Assembly (NCBI GenBank): GCA_963706445.1
Contig: OY970160.1
Location: 1,600,001 to 1,664,000 of the forward strand
Direction of reading: 5' to 3'
Length of the DNA: 64,000 nt
From: an uncultured Nitrososphaerales archaeon
Lineage (GTDB): Archaea; Thermoproteota; Nitrososphaeria; Nitrososphaerales; Gagatemarchaeaceae
A model generated the notes under the pieces. It ran no database searches, was not told the DNA's origin, and worked only from the letters and a program-made list of their open reading frames with translations. A program made the position numbers and the translations under genes. This document shows, one piece after another, positions 9,725-17,771 of this stretch (position 1 is the first letter of the stretch; each line of letters opens with the position of its first letter).

Positions 9725-11155
9725 CTGACAGGTGTAGCGGCTCTGAGGAAGCTCGCCCTTGCGATAGCGGCCCTGCTCGCGCTCCAAGTGGTTGTCGGGG
9801 CTTCGGCAGTCGCTGCGTCTCCCACCACCACCCCGATCAAGCACGTCATCATGGTGATGATGGAGAACCACAGCTTCGACAACCTGTTCGGGCTCTATCC
9901 CACGCTGAATAAGACAAACCCGGGACCGCTCCTCGCTTCGCTGCAGCAGCCTGACGACGTGCTCTACGCCCCCAAGGGGGTATCTCTGAGCCAGGTCCCC
10001 AACGGCACCTACTGGACCGCCAACCCGAACGAAGATGTCTACCCTGCCGACTGGGACAACGGGAGGATGGATGGCTTCGCGGCCAACAGCGGCAGCCAGG
10101 CCATGACCTACTTCAGCTCGTCGCAGTTCGCGGTCGAATGGGACTGGGCGGAGGAGTACGCCATCGCCGACAATTACTTCGCCAGCTGCCTGTGCATGAC
10201 AAACCCGAACAGGCTGTTCAGTCTAGCCGGCTATGGCGCTGGCCTGACGACCGACTCGGGCCCACCACCGTATTTGCCCGTGAACCAGTCTATCTTCGGA
10301 GAGCTCGGCGACTACGGCGTAAGCTGGGGGTACTACATACAGAACCCTTCGGCGGACAACTTCCCTCTGAACTACTTCGACGGGATCGGGGCTTATTCCT
10401 CGCAAGTCCAGCCTTGGGCTTCGTTCTACAGCGCTCTCCAGCAGGGGACCCTCCCCTCGGTCTCATGGGTGATGCCGGTGGGAGGAGGGGCGGAAACCGG
10501 GGAGTTCGACCAGCACCCCGAGGGGAACGTCACCTCGGGCGAGGGGTGGCTGCTGGGGGTGGTCGACAGGGTCATGCAAAGCCAGTACTGGAACTCCTCT
10601 GCGATATTCATCACATACGACGAAGGGGGAGGCTATTATGACCACGTCCCGCCGCCGGTCGTGGACGAGGTCCAGCTAGGATTCAGGATTCCGCTGTTCG
10701 TTATCTCTCCCTACGTGAAGGAGAACTATGTCTCGAACACAGTGATGGACCACTCGTCGTGGCTTGCGTTCATAGATTACAACTGGGGCCTCCCTGCACT
10801 GAACGCATATGTGGCCGACTCGGGGCTCCCATTGGACATGTTCGACTTCGCCCAAGCCTACTCCGGCATGGGTCTCGTCAGGCAGCCTGTCGAGCTGCAG
10901 AACTCGAGCCAGTATCCAGTGAACCTTCAGATTCCGCTGGGCAACCTCCCGTATCAAAGGTCCGGGTCGACAAGCCAGACCCTGGCGTCCATGGGGTCGA
11001 GGCTGTACGTCACTGCTAACATCACGATAACGCCCTTCACACAGAGTGTGGGGTTCGCCGCGGCTGTTGCCGTGGCGCTTCTCGCGGTGGGCTATGTTGC
11101 GGTGCGAATGAGCCGGAGGAATAGGAAGCATGCCTCGGTTAAGACCGGCAACTAA
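9725..11155 (+). CDS. Secreted, C-terminally anchored phosphoesterase (phospholipase C / acid phosphatase AcpA family)
   Basis: IKHVIMVMMENHSFDNLFG, DNYF, DQHP, TYDEGGGYYDHV and GFRIP motifs. The signal peptide extends upstream of the track start to CTG at 9725. C-terminal TM helix plus basic tail. Confidence 0.85.
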   Translation: MTGVAALRKLALAIAALLALQVVVGASAVAASPTTTPIKHVIMVMMENHSFDNLFGLYPTLNKTNPGPLLASLQQPDDVLYAPKGVSLSQVPNGTYWTANPNEDVYPADWDNGRMDGFAANSGSQAMTYFSSSQFAVEWDWAEEYAIADNYFASCLCMTNPNRLFSLAGYGAGLTTDSGPPPYLPVNQSIFGELGDYGVSWGYYIQNPSADNFPLNYFDGIGAYSSQVQPWASFYSALQQGTLPSVSWVMPVGGGAETGEFDQHPEGNVTSGEGWLLGVVDRVMQSQYWNSSAIFITYDEGGGYYDHVPPPVVDEVQLGFRIPLFVISPYVKENYVSNTVMDHSSWLAFIDYNWGLPALNAYVADSGLPLDMFDFAQAYSGMGLVRQPVELQNSSQYPVNLQIPLGNLPYQRSGSTSQTLASMGSRLYVTANITITPFTQSVGFAAAVAVALLAVGYVAVRMSRRNRKHASVKTGN

Positions 11156-11215
11156 CCATTACCGATAGTCAGACAAAAAGGCCGAGGAGGGCCATTGACG
11201 GCCCTACTCATGACA

Positions 11216-11695
11216 TTACATGTGACCCGTTGGCTTCCGTATCAGGAATATTTCGCCGAGGCTGGCGAACACCAATAGGAACCCGCCTGCGCTGACTCCG
11301 GATAGGTTGTAGTCGTTGGCGAGCACCCCGTTGAAGGCGCCGTAGTAGGTGAAGAGTGGGATCAGGATTAGCCCCAGCACGAAGATGACGGCGGGGAAGT
11401 AGATCTTCTTGTCCATGGCCTTTGTGCTCCGATAATCCAAGTACCCGACGATTAGGATGAGGAGGCCTAGGACTGCAATCACAGCGAAATTTGTACCGCT
11501 AAAACTGGTGGTCGGTGTGAAGTCCCCCTTGTAATCGCCAGGGTACTCAATGGTCAGATAACCGAAGACGATTAGTGCTACTCCGAAGAAGATGTAGAGC
11601 CAACCGAAGTATTTCAGTGGTAGTGTTCTCATTGGCGCCGGCGTAACGGTCCCTGCTGCGGAAGTCCCTGCAGCGTTTAGGACTGTTTCGGACAT
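11216..11695 (-). CDS. Hypothetical 4-TM membrane protein, divergent from the ECF cluster
   Basis: Four hydrophobic segments; ATG with a TATA-like box about 25 nt upstream. Confidence 0.7.
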   Translation of the reverse strand: MSETVLNAAGTSAAGTVTPAPMRTLPLKYFGWLYIFFGVALIVFGYLTIEYPGDYKGDFTPTTSFSGTNFAVIAVLGLLILIVGYLDYRSTKAMDKKIYFPAVIFVLGLILIPLFTYYGAFNGVLANDYNLSGVSAGGFLLVFASLGEIFLIRKPTGHM

Positions 11696-11832
11696 CCGAG
11701 GCTGGGTGGGTCATCGAATTCTATTAAGCGTTCTGCCTTGAGGAAAATCAGGAATATTGGAAATGACTTGATATTGAGCAAAAACCTACGAAGCTTTATT
11801 AGAACTCCTAGACCCCCGAAGATGTCGCAACC

Positions 11833-12594
11833 ATGGGTTTCAACGGCATTGCTGGCACGCTGGACCAGGTTGGTCAGATTCCTTGGGAGTATGTCGTTGG
11901 CTACTTCGCAATCGCGTTAGTCATCGCATTCGTCCTTGGAAAGAAAACAGGTGGACTTTCCAGATTCACAACACTCGACTTCGTCTACATCGGCATAGGC
12001 GTCGCCTTCGCAGTGGTATGGCAGTGGTTCATCGGTGGCTTCCTCAACGGCTTCCTCCCAGGTGGAGTCAGGACATACGTCGACTTCGGCTTCATAGGCG
12101 GGCAACTTATCACTATGATGGTAGTTGCATGTCTGGTGCGGAAGGTCGGGGTGGGGATCACATCTTTCGTCGTCTACTCCTTCCTCAGCGACATCTTCCA
12201 CTACGGGTTCGGAGGCGAACCGATCTACTTCATCTATGAAGGGCTGACGTACGGGCTCTTCCTCGACCTCATGATAGCATCCACAGGAGGGAACATCTTC
12301 GCCGCCAAGAGTTCTGCGAAAGCTTCGTCAGAGGCTTCCGGAATGAGCGGTGGTGGATCCTCGACCAAGCTGACGGCCATCATGATAATCGAAGGCGCCA
12401 TCATCGGGTTCCTCTTCGCTTTCCCTGACCCACTCATCTACAGCGGATTCTTCGCAAATTTCATCAACGGGCCAGGAGCAGTCAACTGGCAGACAATCCA
12501 AACGAATCTGATCTCCTTCGCAGCATCGGGCATCCCGGCAGGCGCCGTAGGCGGAATCATCGCCAACCGGGTTTCAAGGGCTCTAGGTCAATAG
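11833..12594 (+). CDS. Probable ECF transporter substrate-specific (S) component
   Basis: 6-7 TM protein with an RFTTLDFVYIG start typical of S components; immediately upstream of ECF ATPase and EcfT genes. Confidence 0.65.
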   Translation: MGFNGIAGTLDQVGQIPWEYVVGYFAIALVIAFVLGKKTGGLSRFTTLDFVYIGIGVAFAVVWQWFIGGFLNGFLPGGVRTYVDFGFIGGQLITMMVVACLVRKVGVGITSFVVYSFLSDIFHYGFGGEPIYFIYEGLTYGLFLDLMIASTGGNIFAAKSSAKASSEASGMSGGGSSTKLTAIMIIEGAIIGFLFAFPDPLIYSGFFANFINGPGAVNWQTIQTNLISFAASGIPAGAVGGIIANRVSRALGQ

Positions 12595-12595
12595 C

Positions 12596-12630
12596 AGGAG
12601 GCCGACCGCGGCCTCCTCCCGCTCTGTTTT
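12596..12630 (+). terminator. GC-rich hairpin followed by a T tract
   Basis: AGGAGGCCG-accg-CGGCCTCCT 9-bp stem (12596-12617), then ...ctgtttt, right after the stop at 12594. Confidence 0.5.
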
Positions 12631-12686
12631 GGGGAGGACAAGATTTCTGACAAGACTTAAGCAAGCCAAGGAGGCGTGGTTGTCCC

Positions 12687-14333
12687 GTGACTGAGGCAGT
12701 TCCGACAGCGACTGCCGCTACTACCCCCGTCGAAGTGAAAGGGCTCGTCTTCAGCTATAGTGAAGGAGGGAGACCCATCCTCACCGTCGACTCCTTCCGA
12801 GTCGAAGACGGCGAGGTGGCCCTCGTGATTGGCAAGTCTGGGGGAGGCAAGTCGACTCTCGTCAACTGCTTCAACGGCGTGATTCCCCACATCTTCAAGG
12901 GGAGCGACCCTACAGGGGTCGTCGTCTACGGCAAGGTCGTCAGAGACACTCCGCTGCCAATACTATCTACCGAGGTGGGGACCCTGCTCCAGGACCCCGA
13001 GACCCAGGTGCTCAACTACACCGTTGAGGAGGAGGTGGCGTTCGGACCAGAGAACCTCTGTCTCCCCGTAGAGGAGATCCGACAGAGGGTGGAGGATGCG
13101 ATCGCGACGACCGACATCGCGAGCTTCAGAGAAAGGGAGACCTATGTCCTCTCTGGAGGAGAGCTGCAGAGGGTAGCCCTGGCGGCCGTGTTGGCCATGA
13201 AGCCGAAGATGCTCATCATGGACGAGCCGACGTCGAACATCGACCCGGAGGGGACGGCCAGGGTCTTCCAGACGCTAACCAGTCTGAAGGGGACAAGCAC
13301 GCTGATAATCGTGGAGCACAAGCTCGAGAGGGCGTTACACTTCGTCGATCGGATTATCCTAGTCGACCAGGGGAAGATAATCTTCGACATCGAGAAGGCG
13401 AAACTAGTGGACCACGTCGAACAACTCCATGCTTCCGGAATCGACGTCCCGGAGCACTACCTCTGGGCGAAGAGGTTCGGCATGGACCCGCAGAACATCG
13501 ACGGCATAAGGGCCAGAATCGTGAAGGATGGTTTGAAGCTCGAAGTCCCACCGAGACAGAACGACGGCAAGGTCGTGCTGGAGGCATTCGCCCATGTGGA
13601 GGTCCAAGGGAAGATTCTGGTGGACGCAGAGGTCGCCTTGAGGGAACAGCAGATCCTGGCGATCATGGGAAGGAATGGGGCCGGGAAGTCCACCTTCCTC
13701 AAGACGGTGATGAATTTCCTTGACAAGGAGCTGACCGCGAGGTCGAAGCTGGTGGTGAACGGAGTCGACCTCAGTAAGGCCTCGATTCAGAAGAGAGGAA
13801 ATTATGTGGCCTATGTCCCCCAAAGCTTCGACCTAATGCTCATCAACAAGACGGTGGAGGACGAAATCTCCTATTCGCTGAGGAAGAGGGGGTCGAAGGA
13901 CTTCAAGGAGCGGACGGAAGAGTTCCTCGACCTCTTCGGCCTCAAGGAGTTCAGGAGGCGCGACCCACTGATGCTCAGCGTCGGCCAGAGGAGGAGGGTG
14001 GCCATGGCGTCTGCGCTCTCGTCGGGGGTCAAGATAGTCATGCTCGACGAGCCCACCTCGGGCCAGGATTTCTACCACAAGGAGATAATCTCGAAGGAGC
14101 TCCACATGCTGAAGAAGCTCGGCTACTCGTTCATCATAGTGACTCACGACGCGAAGTTCGTCTACAGATATGCCGACTATCTGGTGGTCCTCGACGCGGG
14201 GAAGAAGGTCCTCGAAGGGGTCCCCGAAGATGTCTTCGCGTCGTCGCAGCTGTTTTCCGTCGTCCCCCCGACCGAGTTCTACCTACGCAACCCAGGCATA
14301 CCGCTCCCTGAGCTGAGCATGGTGGGGGTCTGA
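12687..14333 (+). CDS. ECF transporter ATPase with two fused ABC domains (EcfA-A')
   Basis: Two Walker A motifs (GKSGGGKST, GRNGAGKST), LQDPETQ...TVEEEVAFGPEN, LSGGE/LSVGQ signatures and two DEPT motifs. Confidence 0.92.
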   Translation: MTEAVPTATAATTPVEVKGLVFSYSEGGRPILTVDSFRVEDGEVALVIGKSGGGKSTLVNCFNGVIPHIFKGSDPTGVVVYGKVVRDTPLPILSTEVGTLLQDPETQVLNYTVEEEVAFGPENLCLPVEEIRQRVEDAIATTDIASFRERETYVLSGGELQRVALAAVLAMKPKMLIMDEPTSNIDPEGTARVFQTLTSLKGTSTLIIVEHKLERALHFVDRIILVDQGKIIFDIEKAKLVDHVEQLHASGIDVPEHYLWAKRFGMDPQNIDGIRARIVKDGLKLEVPPRQNDGKVVLEAFAHVEVQGKILVDAEVALREQQILAIMGRNGAGKSTFLKTVMNFLDKELTARSKLVVNGVDLSKASIQKRGNYVAYVPQSFDLMLINKTVEDEISYSLRKRGSKDFKERTEEFLDLFGLKEFRRRDPLMLSVGQRRRVAMASALSSGVKIVMLDEPTSGQDFYHKEIISKELHMLKKLGYSFIIVTHDAKFVYRYADYLVVLDAGKKVLEGVPEDVFASSQLFSVVPPTEFYLRNPGIPLPELSMVGV

Positions 14334-14364
14334 CACGGCCCTCGAGGACGCCCTCATATCCAAT

Positions 14365-15381
14365 GTGGGGAGCCTTTTCCTCTTCCTCTTCGGAATAGTA
14401 GCCCCAATCTACCTGATCTTCGGCGCCATAGGCCTCACGGGTTTCCGCGACATCTCGAGGTACGAAGAATCCCACACATTCTACTACAGGCTGAACCCGC
14501 TGACCAAGATTATCTTCACCATCACCATCACGTTCGTGGCCGCTACCACTGGGTGGTACATCGACATCTCGATGGCGCTCATCGTCCTGGCGACTTACCT
14601 GACTCTCAGGAGGGGTGTTCGCAAGTTGCTCCTCGGGAGCGCACTGGCATTTTCGTCGGTCGTCGGGTTGGCGTGGTACTATTCGCTCAATACTCCGTAC
14701 ACCCTGCTAATCTTCGCATTCTATCACCAGTGCATCACCATTCCCCCGACCCCCATGAGCGCTCCGTTCTTGGCCTTCTTCACCCCGCTCTGGACCTGGC
14801 CCTCCTACTACCAGTACCTCGGCTACCAGCCGGTCCTGACCCTTCAAGGGCTCGAATACGGTCTCCAGGTATCCACCAGGGCCGGCGTGGTCCTCCTTAC
14901 CGCACTCATCCTGATCATGACGAGCACCCCTTCGGCCATCCTGAGGAGCCTGGGGAAGCTCAAGCTCCCTGTCGTCATTCTCTTCGCCCTGGTCGTCGGG
15001 ATGAGGACCGTCCCCAGGATTTTCGACTCCCTCGACACCGCCGTCAAGGTTCAGTTCATGAGAGGTTACGGGGCGAGGGCCAACAAAGTTACGCGGGTCT
15101 TCTATCTCCTCGGCGGGGTCCTCACGAGCATAGTCCCTGCAATGACGTTCCTATTCCGAGGGGCAAAGAACACGGCGATCTCCGCGGACACCCGGGCATT
15201 CAGGGCATACAAGAAGCGCACGTTCCTGAAGCCGTTCACGCTCAGCAGAGCGGACTACGTGTTCTTTGGCATCATTGTTGGGCTCATAGTGTTGGCGGTC
15301 GTGGCCAACGTGACCGGCTTCGGGAGGAGCATCCCATATGCGGCCGTCGGCTCCGGGTGCGGCGCCACATCCACTTCCTAG
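14365..15381 (+). CDS. ECF transporter transmembrane component EcfT (CbiQ family)
   Basis: RLNPLTK, TSTPS, MRTVP, QFMRG and ADTRAF (conserved Arg motifs). Confidence 0.85.
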   Translation: MGSLFLFLFGIVAPIYLIFGAIGLTGFRDISRYEESHTFYYRLNPLTKIIFTITITFVAATTGWYIDISMALIVLATYLTLRRGVRKLLLGSALAFSSVVGLAWYYSLNTPYTLLIFAFYHQCITIPPTPMSAPFLAFFTPLWTWPSYYQYLGYQPVLTLQGLEYGLQVSTRAGVVLLTALILIMTSTPSAILRSLGKLKLPVVILFALVVGMRTVPRIFDSLDTAVKVQFMRGYGARANKVTRVFYLLGGVLTSIVPAMTFLFRGAKNTAISADTRAFRAYKKRTFLKPFTLSRADYVFFGIIVGLIVLAVVANVTGFGRSIPYAAVGSGCGATSTS

Positions 15382-15405
15382 TTTCGAAGGTGCCCTGCGA
15401 TTCTG

Positions 15406-16311
15406 CTATGACAGGATCGCCGCCACAAGAAAGGCGGCTGCAAGCATCAGCACTACGACATCTGACGGTCCAAAGGGAGGTTGCTTGACGTATGTGCGGT
15501 TCTTGTAGGCGCCGAAGGCCCTCGTCCCCGTGGAGATGGCCATGTTCCTCGCGCCTCTTAGGAGGTAGACTAGGGCCGGGATGAGAGCGAAGAGGGATGC
15601 GGCGAAGACGTAAAGTGGGCCGAGCGACCTGCTCCCCCTAGACCCGAACCCTCTCATCAATTGGACCTTCATTATCGAGTTGATGGCCTCTAGCAGGATC
15701 GGGACGGTCCTCATCCCCACTACGATGGAGAAGGTGACGGGATTCGGCAGGCCGATCTTCCGGAGGACGCGCATCACGTCCGACGGAGTGCTGGTCATGA
15801 CAAGGATCAGTGCCAGGAGGAAAACCCCCGAAACGGCGATGTCAGAGGCGACGGTCCGCGTCAGGTCCCCGAAGAAGAACGAAGTGTTGACCGGGAGGCC
15901 GGCGGATTCCTGCCCTAAGAGGAAAGAGAGCCGGTCGGAGACCGACCCCCAGACGTTCCCCCAGACCACGGCTATGGTGAACAGAGTCCCGAGCGCGAGC
16001 TTCTCCCTTCCGTGGTAGAGGGTCGCGTATGATGCCAGGATGACCCCGGTCGCAAGCAGACCCAGGTAAATGCCTGCGGAGGACGTTGTGAGGGCCACCA
16101 GGAAAAGGGCGGCCACCTTGGTGCCGGAGTTCAGGCGGTAATAGAAGGAGTCGTGCAAGTCGTACCTCGTGAGCGTTCGTAGACCTGAGAGGCCGATCAC
16201 GCCGAACACTATGTAGATGGGCACCACGGCTCCCAGGAAGAAGATCAGGTACTGTACCGGCACCGACGCAAGTATGCCCCATGCCAAGAGCCGACTTGCT
16301 CTGGGCGCCAT
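15406..16311 (-). CDS. Second EcfT paralog (convergent)
   Basis: Clearly homologous to 14365-15381: FYYRLN, LVMTSTPS, GMRTVP, KVQLMRG and AISTGTRAFGAYK. Confidence 0.85.
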   Translation of the reverse strand: MAPRASRLLAWGILASVPVQYLIFFLGAVVPIYIVFGVIGLSGLRTLTRYDLHDSFYYRLNSGTKVAALFLVALTTSSAGIYLGLLATGVILASYATLYHGREKLALGTLFTIAVVWGNVWGSVSDRLSFLLGQESAGLPVNTSFFFGDLTRTVASDIAVSGVFLLALILVMTSTPSDVMRVLRKIGLPNPVTFSIVVGMRTVPILLEAINSIMKVQLMRGFGSRGSRSLGPLYVFAASLFALIPALVYLLRGARNMAISTGTRAFGAYKNRTYVKQPPFGPSDVVVLMLAAAFLVAAILS

Positions 16312-16380
16312 ATCTTAAGGCCGTCAATGGCGGTCTGGCGCCCGTAGAGTTAATACAGAACCCCGGACCGCCTGTTTCCA

Positions 16381-16845
16381 ATGCCCGACGTTGGAGAGGT
16401 TGCGCCCGAATTCATCCTGTACGATTACGACAAGAAGCTGCGAAAGCTGTCGGAGTTCCTGGTCAAAGGGAAGAAGACAATTTTGGCGTTCTTTCCCGGA
16501 GCGTTCACGGGGACCTGCACCAAGGAGATGTGCGCCTTCAGGGACATGTACGGGGAGCTCGAGCACCTGAACGGCCAGGTCGTTGGGGTCTCCGTCGATG
16601 CTCCTTTCGCCCAGAAGGCCTTCGCCGAGAAGTACAGCCTGACGTTCCCCCTGCTGTGCGACTTCAAGCGGGAGGTGGTGAACAGGTACGGAGTCTTGTG
16701 GAAGAATTTGAGCGGAGTAGAAGGTTACGACGCAGCGAACAGGGCGATATTCTTGCTCGACGACACTGGCAAAATTCACTTCAAATGGGTGGCGAACGAG
16801 CCCGGGCAGCTGCCCGACTTCGAGGCCATCAAGAAGGCCCTCTAG
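16381..16845 (+). CDS. Peroxiredoxin (BCP/PrxQ type)
   Basis: FFPGAFTGTCTKEMC (PxxxTxxC plus resolving Cys) and FPLLCD. Confidence 0.92.
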   Translation: MPDVGEVAPEFILYDYDKKLRKLSEFLVKGKKTILAFFPGAFTGTCTKEMCAFRDMYGELEHLNGQVVGVSVDAPFAQKAFAEKYSLTFPLLCDFKREVVNRYGVLWKNLSGVEGYDAANRAIFLLDDTGKIHFKWVANEPGQLPDFEAIKKAL

Positions 16846-16860
16846 CAGGGAACAGATGGG

Positions 16861-17391
16861 ATGACGAGGGTCGTCGCCTTCCTGAGGGCGATCAACGTCG
16901 GAGGCCACGTTGTGAAGAAGGAGCAGTTGCTGCAGGTGTTCGAGTCGCTTGGGTTCAAGGGCGCTGTGGCCTACAAGCAGGCGGGGAATGTGATTTTCGA
17001 AGCTGATGTAAAAGACCTTGAGAGGGCCAGGCTCGGCATAGAAAAGAAGCTGCGCAGTGCCCTCGGCTACGAAGTGGAGGTGTTCATTCGGGGAGTCCTA
17101 GACCTCCAGGGGCTGGTTGAGAAAGAGCCGCGTGCGCAGAAGGCAGATGTGATGAGTTGCTTGGTCACGTTTCTGCCCGACTCCATTCCCAATCGGCTCC
17201 CCCGGCTCCCATTGGTCATTCCCAAGTCGACGGTGGAGGTCGTTTCGTCGACGGGCAAGGAGGTAATCAGTCTGACACATGTCATGGGGGAGGGGGTTCT
17301 TCCCAACCAGTTCCTGGAGTCGGAGTTGAAGGCGAAGACTACCACCCGCAACATCAACGTGATACGAGAAATTGTGGAGAAGTTCGGCTAG
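16861..17391 (+). CDS. DUF1697 family protein
   Basis: AFLRAINVGG N-terminus, QAGNVIF and TTRN motifs. Confidence 0.85.
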   Translation: MTRVVAFLRAINVGGHVVKKEQLLQVFESLGFKGAVAYKQAGNVIFEADVKDLERARLGIEKKLRSALGYEVEVFIRGVLDLQGLVEKEPRAQKADVMSCLVTFLPDSIPNRLPRLPLVIPKSTVEVVSSTGKEVISLTHVMGEGVLPNQFLESELKAKTTTRNINVIREIVEKFG

Positions 17392-17455
17392 TGCTCGGAC
17401 TCATCAGAGAGCGCCCTAAGACATAAAGACGGTCGAGCAAACTGCCGCAATTTGT

Positions 17456-17522
17456 GGCCCTGGTTGTGTAGCTTGGTAAGCATAGGAGGCTGTGGACCTC
17501 CTGACGTGGGTTCAAATCCCAC
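17456..17522 (+). pseudogene. Truncated resident tRNA-His(GTG) lacking the 3' acceptor strand (left att site)
   Basis: G-1 plus GCCCTGG, D arm, anticodon arm GGAGG-CTGTGGA-CCTCC (GTG at 17492-17494) and T arm GTGGG-TTCAAAT-CCCAC. It then reads TTATTTA where CCAGGGC-C is required. TATA-like CATAAAG about 30 nt upstream. Confidence 0.88.
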
Positions 17523-17619
17523 TTATTTACTACCTAGGTAGGCTCAAACAAAGCGTTTAAGAGACGATGGGCTCTAGAAAGTGTCGAGGACCCCAATGCT
17601 CGAGACCGTAATGATAAGA

Positions 17620-17716
17620 GGCCGCGGGAGGGATTTGAACCCTCGACCCCGAGGTAGCTACGCTGAGTCTACAGCTCCACAGCCTCGTATGCTAACCAAG
17701 CTGCACCACCGCGGCC
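17620..17716 (-). tRNA. tRNA-His(GTG), intact, with a 21-nt canonical intron (17656-17676)
   Basis: G-1/GCCGCGG...CCGCGGC-C acceptor stem, CGAGG/CCTCG anticodon stem, and GAGGG-TTCAAAT-CCCTC T arm. The intron at 37/38 forms a BHB: CTGT pairs with GTAG, and GCTG-TAGACT-CAGC is the outer helix. Confidence 0.95.
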
Positions 17717-17771
17717 AAGCGGATCAAAGGTCTCCGGGGGTTCCTGATTTAAGGAGAAGGGGAACCAATCC

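Noticed and set aside
14553-15488. Long alternative-frame and antisense ORFs (e.g. 14553-15488, 16281-17006, 43629-44477, 45459-46241)
   Set aside because: They overlap well-supported genes, lack motifs, and are expected shadows in high-GC coding DNA.
17523-17619. Non-canonical intron at position 65/66 or trans-spliced split tRNA-His
   Set aside because: No CCAGGGC strand nearby, and no BHB or long complementary leader/trailer between this flank and the 54.39-kb segment. Integration or deletion explains it better.
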